Source of the DNA: an uncultured Gemmatimonadales bacterium | Lineage (GTDB): Bacteria; Gemmatimonadota; Gemmatimonadetes; Gemmatimonadales; Gemmatimonadaceae | Length of the DNA: 64,000 bases | Reading direction: 5' to 3' | Assembly: GCA_963701965.1 (NCBI GenBank) | Contig: OY969695.1 | Span: 1,760,001-1,824,000 of the forward strand | Part shown: positions 52,387-62,211 of the stretch, in pieces | How the letters are laid out: the number at the start of each line of letters is the position of its first letter | How positions within the stretch are numbered: the stretch's first letter is position 1 | Translations under genes and position numbers: made by a program | The notes under the pieces: generated by a model | What the model saw: the letters and a program-made list of their open reading frames with translations, nothing else | Database searches by the model: none | Told to the model about the DNA's origin: nothing

Positions 52387-53316
52387 TCAGTGCGTGAGCA
52401 ATTGTGCCGGCCACGCCCCGCTTTCGACCCGATCGGTCACAACGCTGGTGATCGTATCGCCCGCAAATCGCGCCAGCCGCGGCATGGGGCGCCCCGGGGC
52501 GAACGAAAGCACGACCTGCCGCGTGGGAACCGGATCGACCAAGGGCGCCGCGGTGAGTCGGCCGCCGAGGACGTCGTCGTGGACGGCCGCCAAGGGAAGG
52601 ATCGTGCGACCGTGGCCATGCCGGACGAGATCCTTGAGCGTCGCGTAGGAATCCGCTTCCACAGCAACGGACAAGGCGATCCCTGCCTGCTCGGCGAATC
52701 GTTCGACAATCTCCCGCAAACCGTGCCGCACACTCGGCAGCAACAGTCGCTCCTGCGCGAGGGCGCTGAACGGAACGGCCCGCACGGTCGAGAATCCGGC
52801 GTCGGCAGGACCGATGAGGAACAGGCTGTCGCGCAACAGGGGACGCGACCGGAGTGCTGCGGTGTCCTTTGTCGGAAAGTGCACGGCGACATCGATATCG
52901 CCCCGCCGCAGCCAGTCGAGGAGGTATCCCGTGTACGCGCTCACCAGCCGCAGGGCGGCCAGCGGGTGAGTCGCCTGGAATGCCGCGACGAGCGGAACCG
53001 CGACCACGTCCGCGACTGTCGGAGGCAGCCCGATAGCAACGCGCCCGGTGAGCGGCGCACTACCTTCGGCGGCGCTCGTCCGGATTTCGTCGACTTCCGC
53101 CAGCACGCGTTTCGCGTGGGCGAGCACCTCCTGCCCTTGGTCGGTGATCATCATGCCCCGGCCATGGCGCTCGAACAAGCGGGTGCCCAGCTCGGCCTCG
53201 AGCAGGCGAATCTGCCGGCTCAGTGCCGGTTGCGCGGTCCGTAGCCGCTCGGCGGCACGGCTCAAGCTGCCGAGCTCCGCCACCTGAATCAGCGTCCGCA
53301 ACTGCGTCAATTCCAT
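52387..53316 (-). CDS. LysR family regulator (Nac-like)
   Basis: GSLSRAAERL..AQPALSRQIRLLE.ELG. Confidence 0.92.
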   Translation of the reverse strand: MELTQLRTLIQVAELGSLSRAAERLRTAQPALSRQIRLLEAELGTRLFERHGRGMMITDQGQEVLAHAKRVLAEVDEIRTSAAEGSAPLTGRVAIGLPPTVADVVAVPLVAAFQATHPLAALRLVSAYTGYLLDWLRRGDIDVAVHFPTKDTAALRSRPLLRDSLFLIGPADAGFSTVRAVPFSALAQERLLLPSVRHGLREIVERFAEQAGIALSVAVEADSYATLKDLVRHGHGRTILPLAAVHDDVLGGRLTAAPLVDPVPTRQVVLSFAPGRPMPRLARFAGDTITSVVTDRVESGAWPAQLLTH

Positions 53317-53396
53317 GCAGACATATCTAATATAGTTATAGCTGTCCGCCAAGAAATATCCTATCATAATCGGACGCGTTGGTGTATGCTGGACCC

Positions 53397-54872
53397 GTGC
53401 GACCGGTATTCACGAATATCATCGACGGCGTCGCCCAATCAGCGGCGGCGACATTCGAGAGCTTTGATCCGTTCACGGGCGAGCCGTGGGCGGCGATCCC
53501 CCGAGGGACTCCCGACGACGTCGACCGCGCGGTCGGTTCTGCGAAACGCGCGTTCCAGTCGAAGGCTTGGCGAGGCCTGAGTGCGTCCGCGCGCGGCCGG
53601 TTGCTCGTTCGGCTCGCGGACTCGATCGCGGCCCAAGCGGATGAGCTCGCGGCCATTGAAACGCGCGACAACGGGAAGCTGATCGCCGAAATGACGGCGC
53701 AGCTCCAGTACGTTCCGGAATGGTACCGCTACTTCGGCGGGCTCGCGGATAAGATCGAGGGTACGGTACTGCCGTGCGACAAGCCCGGCTTCTTCGCCTA
53801 CACCCGACGTGAGCCGATCGGCGTCGTTGCTGCGATCGTGCCCTGGAATTCGCCGCTCATGCTGCTGTCATGGAAGCTCGCCCCGCTCCTCGCCGCCGGG
53901 AATACCGTCGTCATCAAACCGTCCGAGCACGCGTCGGCTTCGACCCTCGCTTTCGCGAAACTGTTCGCCGACGCAGGATTTCCGCCGGGTGTCGTGAATA
54001 CGGTGACGGGGATGCCCGACGAAGTCGGCACGGCGCTCGTCGCACATCCCGACATCGCCAAGGTAGCCTTCACTGGTGGTGAAGCAGGAGGCGCCGCCGT
54101 GTATGGAACGGCCAGCGCCGGCATCAAGCCCGTCACACTGGAGTTGGGCGGCAAGTCCGCCAACATCGTATTCGCGGACGCGGATATCGATAATGCGGTG
54201 AACGGCGCTGTCGCCGGCATTTTCGCAGCAAGCGGCCAGACCTGCATCGCGGGCTCGCGGCTCCTCGTCGAGCGAACGATTCACGATCGCGTTGTCAATG
54301 GTATCGTCGCATTGGCGCGCACCGCGCGCCTCGGCGACCCGTCGCGACTCGACACGCAAGTTGGTCCGATCGCGACCACCGCGCAACGCGCCAAAATCCT
54401 TGGATATATTGATCTCGCTCGTGACCAAGGTGCCGTCTGCGTCCACGGCGGCCGCGTCCCAACTGAACCCGGACTCGCGCGCGGTTGGTTCGTCGAACCG
54501 ACTATCTTCACGGGAGTGCACAACGGGATGCGTATCGCCCGCGAGGAGGTGTTTGGCCCAGTCCTGTCGGTGATCCCCTTCGACGAGGAAGAGGAGGCGT
54601 ACGCCATCGCGAACGACAGCCCCTACGGACTTGCCGCGGGCTTATGGACCTCTCACATGGGCCGCGCACTCCGCGGGGCGGCGGCGCTCGAGGCCGGAAC
54701 CATTTGGATCAACACGTATCGGGCGGTCAGCTACGTGGCGCCGTTCGGCGGATACAAGCGCAGTGGCTTCGGTCGCGACAATGGCCAGGAAGCGATCGAC
54801 GCCTACTTGCAGACCAAGACGGTGTGGGTCGACACGACCGGGCGGACGGCCAATCCGTTCATCATTCGGTAA
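53397..54872 (+). CDS. Aldehyde dehydrogenase
   Basis: PWN, KPSE, FTGG, LELGGKS, GQTCIAGSR, EEVFGPV. Confidence 0.95.
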   Translation: MRPVFTNIIDGVAQSAAATFESFDPFTGEPWAAIPRGTPDDVDRAVGSAKRAFQSKAWRGLSASARGRLLVRLADSIAAQADELAAIETRDNGKLIAEMTAQLQYVPEWYRYFGGLADKIEGTVLPCDKPGFFAYTRREPIGVVAAIVPWNSPLMLLSWKLAPLLAAGNTVVIKPSEHASASTLAFAKLFADAGFPPGVVNTVTGMPDEVGTALVAHPDIAKVAFTGGEAGGAAVYGTASAGIKPVTLELGGKSANIVFADADIDNAVNGAVAGIFAASGQTCIAGSRLLVERTIHDRVVNGIVALARTARLGDPSRLDTQVGPIATTAQRAKILGYIDLARDQGAVCVHGGRVPTEPGLARGWFVEPTIFTGVHNGMRIAREEVFGPVLSVIPFDEEEEAYAIANDSPYGLAAGLWTSHMGRALRGAAALEAGTIWINTYRAVSYVAPFGGYKRSGFGRDNGQEAIDAYLQTKTVWVDTTGRTANPFIIR

Positions 54873-54887
54873 CGACGGGGTTCGTGC

Positions 54888-56063
54888 GTGACGGACGATA
54901 TCAATCCGAACGCCGTGCAGCACGCGGAGTATCGGAGAGCAGTCCGCGAGCTCTGCGCGCGCTTCGATAGCGCGTACTGGCAGCGCGTCGACGCGATACC
55001 CGAATACCCCGAAGCATTCGTCACGGCGCTGACCGAAGCCGGATGGCTGTCGGCGTTGATTCCCGGCGAATATGGCGGCGGCGGCCTGTCGCTCACGGAG
55101 GCGTCCGTGATTCTCGAGGAAGTCAATCGGTCCGGAGCCAACTCCGGAGCCTGCCATGCGCAGATGTACATCATGGGAACCCTGCTGCGCCACGGATCGG
55201 TCGCGCAACAACGACGCTACTTGCCACGCATCGCGTCAGGCGAGCTGCGGCTGCAGTCGTTCGCCGTGACCGAACCCACGACCGGCACGGACACCACGAG
55301 CCTCAAGACGCGCGCCGAACGGCGCGGCGACCAATATGTGGTCAACGGGCAGAAGGTATGGATCTCGCGCGTCCAACACTCTGATCTCATGCTGCTGCTC
55401 GCGCGCACCACGCCGCTCGGCGAGGTCGCAAAGAAATCCGACGGACTGTCCGTGTTCCTCGTCGAGCTCGCGGATGCTGAGCGCCGTGGCATGACGGTGC
55501 GCCCGATTCGGAACATGGTGAACCACGAGACGAACGAGGTATTCTTCGACAACTTCGAGATCCCCACCGAGAACCTGATCGGGGAAGAAGGACAAGGGTT
55601 TCGCTACGTGCTCGACGGAATGAACGCCGAACGCATCCTCATCGCCGCCGAGTGCATCGGCGATGGCTATTGGTTCATCGACCGCGCGCGACGGTACGCC
55701 AGCGAGCGTGTCGTGTTTGGCCAACCGATCGGGCGGAACCAGGGCGTACAGTTTCCCATCGCGCGCGCCTATGCGAACGTGCGAGCCGCCGATCTCATGC
55801 GGTACGAGGCGGCGCGGCGATTCGATGCCGGCGAGCCCTGTGGCGCCGAGGCGAACCTCGCCAAGCTCTTGGCGGCGGATGCATCCTGGGAGACAGCGAA
55901 CGTGTGCCTCCAAACGTACGGCGGATACGGCTTCGCCGCGGAGTATGACGTCGAGCGCAAGTTTCGCGAGACGCGCCTCTATCAAGTCGCGCCGATTTCG
56001 ACGAATTTGATTCTGTCGTACCTGGGCGAGCATGTGCTGGGACTGCCGCGGTCGTTCTCATGA
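54888..56063 (+). CDS. Acyl-CoA dehydrogenase
   Basis: TEPTTGTDT, NGQKVWIS, R..FG.PIG.NQ, GGYGF..EY.VER.FRE. Confidence 0.95.
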   Translation: MTDDINPNAVQHAEYRRAVRELCARFDSAYWQRVDAIPEYPEAFVTALTEAGWLSALIPGEYGGGGLSLTEASVILEEVNRSGANSGACHAQMYIMGTLLRHGSVAQQRRYLPRIASGELRLQSFAVTEPTTGTDTTSLKTRAERRGDQYVVNGQKVWISRVQHSDLMLLLARTTPLGEVAKKSDGLSVFLVELADAERRGMTVRPIRNMVNHETNEVFFDNFEIPTENLIGEEGQGFRYVLDGMNAERILIAAECIGDGYWFIDRARRYASERVVFGQPIGRNQGVQFPIARAYANVRAADLMRYEAARRFDAGEPCGAEANLAKLLAADASWETANVCLQTYGGYGFAAEYDVERKFRETRLYQVAPISTNLILSYLGEHVLGLPRSFS

Positions 56064-56080
56064 CGCGGTCGTTCTCATGA
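56047..56080 (+). repeat. Perfect 17-bp tandem duplication at a gene junction
   Basis: CGCGGTCGTTCTCATGA twice (56047-56063, 56064-56080). Confidence 0.95.
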
Positions 56081-57216
56081 TGCTGCCGTTGGACGGCCTC
56101 CGCGTGGTCGCGCTCGAGCAGGCGGTCGCGGCGCCGTTTTGCTCGCGCCAGCTCGCCGATCTCGGCGCGGAGGTGGTAAAGGTCGAGCGGCCGGATGGTG
56201 GTGATACGGCGCGCGGCTACGACACCGTGATCAACGGACAGTCGGCCTACTTTGCGTGGTTGAACCGCGGCAAGAAGAGCGTTGTCCTCGATCTCAAGAG
56301 TGCACGCGACCACGATGCCTGCCGGCGTTTGATCGCGACGGCCGACGTCCTCGTGCATAACCTGGCGCCTGGGGCAATTGAGCGACTCGGCTTCGGCTAC
56401 GAGCCTGCGTCCGCGCTCAACCGGCGTCTCGTGTGGTGCGGCATCTCAGGCTACGGCCCCGATGGCCCGATGCATGAGCGAAAGGCCTACGATATGCTCG
56501 TCCAGGCGGAGGCCGGCGTCGTGTCCGTCACGGGACGTGCCGACAGTCCCGCCAAAGTCGGCATCTCGATCGCCGACATTGCGGCGGGGATGTACGGCTA
56601 TGCGTCGATTCTCGCTGCGCTGCGCCTGCGGGACCAAACGGCCGCTGGCACGCGCATCGACATTTCGATGCTCGAATGCCTCACCGAATGGATGATGCCG
56701 GCGCTGTATGTGTGGCTCGGTGCAGAACAGGTACCGGGACGCGCCGGCATACGACACAATATGATCGTGCCGTACGGCGCGTATGCCTGCGCCGATGGAC
56801 TCGTGATGCTCGCCATCCACACCGACCGGGAATGGCGGCGTTTCTGTGCAGACGTGATGGGCGACGCCGCGCTCGCTGACGATCCGCGCTACGCGACGAA
56901 CCCTCTGCGCGTCGAGCACCGGACGTCACTCGAGTCGATGATCGAGGCACGGTTCGCCCGCTGCCAGTCGCTCGACGTCACGCGCGACCTCGAGCGCGCG
57001 GACATCCCGACCGCATCGCTGAACGATATCCCATCCGTCGTTGCCCACCCGCAACTGACAGCCCGCCACCGATGGACCGAGGTCGCCTCCCCGGGTGGCG
57101 AGATCCCGGCGCTTGTACCGCCGCACAATCTCGCGGGCATCGCGCCACGCATGGGCCGCGTGCCCGCACTCGGCGAGCACACGGACGCAGTGCTCGCGAC
57201 GTTGGACACACGCTGA
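56077..57216 (+). CDS. CaiB/BaiF CoA transferase (itaconate CoA-transferase-like)
   Basis: EQAVAAPF..RQLADLGA.V.KVERP..GD, LNRGKKS, KAYD, ADIAAGMY. Confidence 0.92.
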   Translation: MMLPLDGLRVVALEQAVAAPFCSRQLADLGAEVVKVERPDGGDTARGYDTVINGQSAYFAWLNRGKKSVVLDLKSARDHDACRRLIATADVLVHNLAPGAIERLGFGYEPASALNRRLVWCGISGYGPDGPMHERKAYDMLVQAEAGVVSVTGRADSPAKVGISIADIAAGMYGYASILAALRLRDQTAAGTRIDISMLECLTEWMMPALYVWLGAEQVPGRAGIRHNMIVPYGAYACADGLVMLAIHTDREWRRFCADVMGDAALADDPRYATNPLRVEHRTSLESMIEARFARCQSLDVTRDLERADIPTASLNDIPSVVAHPQLTARHRWTEVASPGGEIPALVPPHNLAGIAPRMGRVPALGEHTDAVLATLDTR

Positions 57217-57692
57217 TGTCACGTCACTTCGAGGACTTCCGAGTCGGCGATGTGATTCGCCATGGCATCGGGCGGACCGTGACCGCGACGGACAACGCGT
57301 GGTCGGCGCTCTTGGCCCTGAACACGAATCCGATCCATTTCGACGGGCACTATGCAGCGCAAACCGAGTTCCACAAAACCCTGGTGAACTCGCCGCTGGT
57401 CCTGGCGATCGTGACCGGTCTCTCGGTCACCGATATCTCTCGACACGCGGTCAACCTCGGCTGGGACGAGGTACGGATGCCGGCGCCGGTATTCGAGGGC
57501 GATACACTCTACGCGGAGACCCGAGTGATCAGTGCCCGCGAATCCGGCTCGCGCCCGCACATGGGCATCGTCGAGGTGCAGACCACGGGATTCAAGCAGG
57601 ACGGTACCGTGGTGATGACCTTTCGGCGGTCGATTCTCGTGTATAAGCGGGACCACGGACCGACAATGCCAGATTACGTGCCGGACGACTGA
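57216..57692 (+). CDS. MaoC family (R)-hydratase/dehydratase
   Basis: FEDF.VG, GRTVT..DN, N.NPIHFD, NLGW, PVF.GDT. Confidence 0.9.
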   Translation: MSRHFEDFRVGDVIRHGIGRTVTATDNAWSALLALNTNPIHFDGHYAAQTEFHKTLVNSPLVLAIVTGLSVTDISRHAVNLGWDEVRMPAPVFEGDTLYAETRVISARESGSRPHMGIVEVQTTGFKQDGTVVMTFRRSILVYKRDHGPTMPDYVPDD

Positions 57693-57699
57693 TGCAGGC

Positions 57700-58230
57700 G
57701 ACGACACGACGGAGCAGTACAGTCGCCGCCGCATAGCCCAACGCCATGACACCGAGCCATGGAACGACAGGGAACAGCACGAAAAAGTGCGTGCCCGGCA
57801 GGTCGCCGCGACGGTGCAGCAGCACCCAGAGCCAGTCGAGCGAGCCGAGTTGTGCGGCTTGAACCCGATCGAACAGATCGTGCAGGCCGACGAGCGCCAG
57901 ACCGAATGTCAGGATCGCCCATTCGGGCAACCATACGAGGGCGGCGAGAACGACCATACTGCTGCCCAGTGACCAGATCACCCCGCCAAATTGCCACGGG
58001 ACGAACGTCCAGGCGAAATCAATGATCGTCCATTCCAGAATGACGAGCCAGACGCCGCGCGTCCAGAGAAAACGGGCGATCGCTCCGACGGATCCCGCCC
58101 GGTTGCGATAGAGGAACGCTCCGGTTCCGGCGAGAAAAAAGAACATGGGAGCGCAGAAGTGCGTGATCCAGCGCGTGTAGAAGAGGGCCGGCCAGGTGTG
58201 ATTGATTTCCTCCGATTCGAACCCGACCCG
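57700..58230 (-). pseudogene. Internal fragment of DUF1624 (HGSNAT-like) membrane protein
   Basis: PALFYTRWITHFCAP.FFFLAG, RFLWTRG.WL, VIW.LG, P..PW.GVM.LGY; both termini missing. Confidence 0.75.
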
Positions 58231-58370
58231 TCAATTGAAGGTGGCCCCCGGTGGCGTTCTGAAACGGACCGTAGACCGACGCTCCGTTCTCGATCTGCTG
58301 GCGTTCACGATTGCCCCTGCACCGAGGAGTGAGGAACGCCAATCCATGCGCCCACGGCGCCGTTTCCGTA

Positions 58371-59654
58371 CTACGGCGCGATCTTCTGTGCGGCCTCCCG
58401 CTCCGAATGCTCGAACGCGTCGGCGAATTGGTCGAGTTCCTGGTCGGTCATGCCTATGTCGCGACCGACGTCGCGCCAGCGGGCCACGGCGGCATCCACG
58501 TCTGCGATTATCTCCCGTGCCCGCATTAGCGGAACCGCGAAGTACTCCGTCGCCGACAGGAGAGCAGCGATCGTCGCTTCTGGCCCGGTATCCTCGGTGA
58601 TCCAGGTCTTGAGTTCCCGCTCACGCTCCGGGAAGGGGTTTACGTCGAACGCTGGCGAGAGCCGCCACTTCCCAGCTTCCACATGCAGGAAGCCGTGATT
58701 GTGCAGGTGATCGTCGACGTTGTTGATCAGAATCGAGAACGCGATGCGACGAAATAACTCGTCAATGTCGACCTGCGTTGCAGCCCCGTGCTGCCTAAGC
58801 GCATCAACGATCTCGGCGTAGGAGTGGTCTTCAGCCGTGCCCCTGTCGACGCCGAGCAGCGTGGCCGCCGAGACGTACATCAAGCGCCCTCCACCCGGTC
58901 CTCGGTCGAACCGTCGAATGACGGCAACAGGTGTATCCTGACTCATCACCACCCTAGCTTCGGCTGCGTGTATTCCGGCGACCGCCGCTAAGCGGAGCGC
59001 GAGTACTTCAGCCTTCGTCACCGCACGTTCGTCTCTTACACTCGGAAACTTCCCAATTGAGAGCCGGCCCCCGCTGTCGACGATTGTGGCTTTCGGTCTG
59101 AGGCCACCGAGTGAGGTACCGCGGCCGCGCAGGTAGGCGAGATCAGCCGCCGTCTCGCTGTGCATCTCCACGGCACGGCTCGCGGCGATGAGGTGGTCAA
59201 GCTCGACCAGGGGCGGGGTCGTCCGTCGCCCTTCCTCGATCGCGCGGCGAAACACGCCATCTTCATCGCGGAATCGGAGGGCGCCAATGCGACTTGGATC
59301 ATCCACCGCGAGTAGGAAGTCGAGCCCGCCTTCCATCGACGGGAGTGCCTCACCCGCTTGCCGGGCTGCGGCGCGGCGCTTCGCCTGGTCCCGACGAATT
59401 ACGGTCTGACCCCAGCCGTCGGGTTCAGTGTCAGCGAGAGCTGGATGAAACACCGAGCCCTCTTTCGGTTTCTGATGGAACTGTAATCCCGGTTGGAGCG
59501 GAAGCGTCGGATCTATCGCGAAGCGGTCCTCAGCGCTCAGCCACGACGGATCGTACTCGAACATCGCGCTCTCGCGCTCTCCTTGCTTGTTATAGTGGAG
59601 GAGGCCAACGCGTCGCGGTGTCTCGCCGATATGCACCTGGATTGAGCGCTTCAT
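58371..59654 (-). CDS. hipA: HipA family kinase toxin
   Basis: GTSLGGLRPKA, KFP, DDHLHNHGFL, LSPAFD; HipA N-terminal subdomain present. Confidence 0.92.
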   Translation of the reverse strand: MKRSIQVHIGETPRRVGLLHYNKQGERESAMFEYDPSWLSAEDRFAIDPTLPLQPGLQFHQKPKEGSVFHPALADTEPDGWGQTVIRRDQAKRRAAARQAGEALPSMEGGLDFLLAVDDPSRIGALRFRDEDGVFRRAIEEGRRTTPPLVELDHLIAASRAVEMHSETAADLAYLRGRGTSLGGLRPKATIVDSGGRLSIGKFPSVRDERAVTKAEVLALRLAAVAGIHAAEARVVMSQDTPVAVIRRFDRGPGGGRLMYVSAATLLGVDRGTAEDHSYAEIVDALRQHGAATQVDIDELFRRIAFSILINNVDDHLHNHGFLHVEAGKWRLSPAFDVNPFPERERELKTWITEDTGPEATIAALLSATEYFAVPLMRAREIIADVDAAVARWRDVGRDIGMTDQELDQFADAFEHSEREAAQKIAP

Positions 59655-59983
59655 AGTTCGGTTGGCTCAGTCTTGGTGCGCACGCGCTCAGGGAGACGCT
59701 CGACGTCTAGCACCAGGGCCTGGTCATCGCGGCTGGCATCGACGAGATCGCCGAACGGAGTACCGAGGCCGAGGACGAACAGTGCCATGGCGTAGACGCC
59801 CATCCCAACGGTCGGGTCGCCCCGCTCGACGCGGAAATAGGTGGGCTTCGACACGCTGAGGCGCCCGGCCATCATGGTCGCAGTGAGGCGACGTTTTCGT
59901 CGGGCAACGCTAATGTCCCGCCCCAGCTTGATCAGGGAGCGGCGAACCTGGGGAGGCAGACGATCAAAAAGAGGAGATTTCAT
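59651..59983 (-). CDS. XRE/HipB-like antitoxin
   Basis: ARRKRRL....MA.RL.VS..T..RVERGDP HTH; ATGA overlap with hipA. Confidence 0.88.
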   Translation of the reverse strand: MKSPLFDRLPPQVRRSLIKLGRDISVARRKRRLTATMMAGRLSVSKPTYFRVERGDPTVGMGVYAMALFVLGLGTPFGDLVDASRDDQALVLDVERLPERVRTKTEPTEL

Positions 59984-59992
59984 TATTACGGC

Positions 59993-60033
59993 CACATATA
60001 TGTTATCCTAACCAGATTTATAGTCACATATAT
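59993..60033. promoter_or_regulatory. Candidate antitoxin operator
   Basis: CACATATAT twice (59993, 60025); palindrome ACATATATGT at 59994-60003 in an AT-rich patch. Confidence 0.45.
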
Positions 60034-60159
60034 ATTACCGTATTCTCTATAGCAACGCCAGCGCAGCGCCCAAGAGACCGGTTGAGCCGGGGCCGCCTCG
60101 ATTCCAAATGACTAATCATGCTGACTTCCTGCTCCAACGTTCGAGCGCGCCGCCTGACG

Positions 60160-60380
60160 GGCTGGAGCGTCCACGAATGCCCGGGCCGCGCGTGGATCAG
60201 GTTCAACAGGCGGCCAACGACTGCATCGCGGCGGCCGGCGAACCACCCCGAGTGCTCCGGCGGCAACTCATCCACGTATCGACGCAGCGCTTCAATGAAC
60301 ATCGCCTCCGCGAGCCGCGGTCAGCATGCTGTCGGACCCGGCCCGGGCGTGTCGCGATTCTTCAGTGAGCTGGCGCGCGA
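60160..60380 (-). pseudogene. Internal fragment of AraC family (RclR-like) regulator
   Basis: FIEALRRY......SGWFAG.RD..VGR.L.LIH.RP...WTL; stops before the HTH. Confidence 0.7.
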
Positions 60381-60384
60381 AGCT

Positions 60385-60842
60385 TTTGAACAAGAAATGC
60401 GCGTTGATCTGATACCGCAGCGCGCGCAGCTCGGCGTCGCGCGCCAGCGCGTGCGCCGCCTCGGGACGCGCGCGACTGTTGGATGCCGAAATAGGCAGCA
60501 CTCCACGCCGACAACGCGAACCACGCGGCCAGGGCGCCCCCGAGCGCGCCTTGCCAGCGGAATGAGCTGCTCGCGCCCGTAGCCGCGACCGAGCAGCAGA
60601 AACCCAGCACGTACGCCGTGATCAGGGTGATCACGGCAATGCGACCCCACGACGGGCGGCGGCGCCAGAGCCTACGATAGACGAGCGACATCACAATGCT
60701 CGCCGCGCACAGCGTGATCGCGAATATCGATACCCAGATCCGCTCCGTTCGGAGACGGAGGAACGGCAACGTGCCGAGCGTCACCGCCGAGGCGAGAATG
60801 CTCCAGCCGAGCGCCAGAAGACGCCAATCCGCAGCGGCCATG
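60385..60842 (-). pseudogene. N-terminal part of LytS/YesM-type sensor kinase
   Basis: TM helices then AELRALRYQINAHFLF (QINPHFLFN box), truncated there. Confidence 0.7.
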
Positions 60843-60924
60843 GAATCACCGGTTGATCGCATGGAATGCACGACTCGACGCGTCGCCGGCGCGGGCCGGC
60901 GACTGTGTGATGTATGCTACTGTC

Positions 60925-61692
60925 ATGAACATAACGATCAGACAATTCTGGGTGGCCGCGGCCTTGCTGTCGACCCGGACTCTCGCCCAGCCCGACTGCC
61001 GCTCCGGCGCCACCGCGTTGATCCCGCAGCTGCACCGGGGTGACACGCTGGCGACCGTGCTCTCCTACAACGTCTCCTTCAAGGTCAAGGGCTACGATGA
61101 CATCGCCACCCACGCGAGCGGGGCGGCCGCCTACATCGTGACGAACCCCGCGCCCGACAGCATTGCATTTTACGTCGTGGGCACCGACAACTTCACCGCG
61201 CGCGTCGCATACAAACCCGGTCGCCATGTGCGCTGCATCGACGGCACGTGCATCGACTACACCAATGCCAGCGGTGTGCTATACAACCCGGTCATGTGGG
61301 GTGACGCCCCATCATCGCTGTGCAACGGTGCGACCTGGACCGTCCAGCTCAAAATGCCGTGGGGCGTCGGACCGGTAGGCTCACAGAAGGTCACCGTGCT
61401 CCGTGTCGATACCGCCGCCCACCTCGCGTGGCTCCGGCGCGACGGCAGCGGCAACGGCGCATTCGCGCACGACGACGACACCCTGACCATACACCAGCAT
61501 GGCAAGGCGTATACGGTGCGCATCGTTCCCGGAACCGCGAAGTGGACCGGTTACACGATTTTCCGGGATGGTGCGGTCATTGCCGACGAGCTGGTGGTCG
61601 ACCGGCAGGACGTGCTGGTCTCGCCAACACTCGGCCGGATCCCAGCCAACGAGCGTCAGACCATGCTGTTCGACGCCACGCCGCATTACTAA
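60925..61692 (+). CDS. Secreted hypothetical protein
   Basis: Signal peptide, coherent beta-rich ORF, TATGCT 6 nt before ATG. Confidence 0.7.
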   Translation: MNITIRQFWVAAALLSTRTLAQPDCRSGATALIPQLHRGDTLATVLSYNVSFKVKGYDDIATHASGAAAYIVTNPAPDSIAFYVVGTDNFTARVAYKPGRHVRCIDGTCIDYTNASGVLYNPVMWGDAPSSLCNGATWTVQLKMPWGVGPVGSQKVTVLRVDTAAHLAWLRRDGSGNGAFAHDDDTLTIHQHGKAYTVRIVPGTAKWTGYTIFRDGAVIADELVVDRQDVLVSPTLGRIPANERQTMLFDATPHY

Positions 61693-61744
61693 AACGGCAG
61701 GTCGTCGCCGCTCCTCGCGAGACGCGATCTCCAGGGGCAACGTG

Positions 61745-62211
61745 GTGAAGTACCCCGGCCGACGCGTGAGCAGCTGTCTCGGCACCCGGCAAACCCGACG
61801 TCGACTTCGAGCTCGACCACATTCGTTGGCCCGCCGAGGTCGACAAGAAACGCAAGACCTGGGTCTCGCCGCTTCCAACGGCGCTCAAGCCGGTGCTCCC
61901 CGATTACCACGACCAGTTTGTCGACGATGATTCACCCTACTACTTCCCACACCCAGCCGACCCCTCACGACCCCTCGATAAGGATCGTGCGGATGGACTC
62001 CTCGAGAAGGCATACGAACTGGCCAAGGTCGAGCGAGCGAAAGGCGGGCTGTGGCACCCATTCCGCCGACGCTGGGCGACGCTGCGGAAGAAGCTACCCC
62101 TGTCGGACGTCGCACAGGCGGGGGGGGTGGGATGATGTTCGTACATTGCTGACATGCTACCAACTCGCGGATCCCGAGACACTCCGTCACGTCGCTGATT
62201 ACGACGGCTAG
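61745..62211 (+). pseudogene. Tyrosine recombinase/integrase catalytic-domain remnant
   Basis: GRRVSS, DVDF..IRWPAE.DK..W..PL, LWHPFRRRWAT (H-x-x-R), AGGW, LLTCYQ; N-terminus missing; frameshifts near 61793 and in the G-run near 62120-62128. Confidence 0.85.

Noticed and set aside
58205..58235. GGTTCGAATC T-loop-like motif as another att
   Set aside because: No pairing T-stem; it reads in frame as part of the DUF1624 fragment
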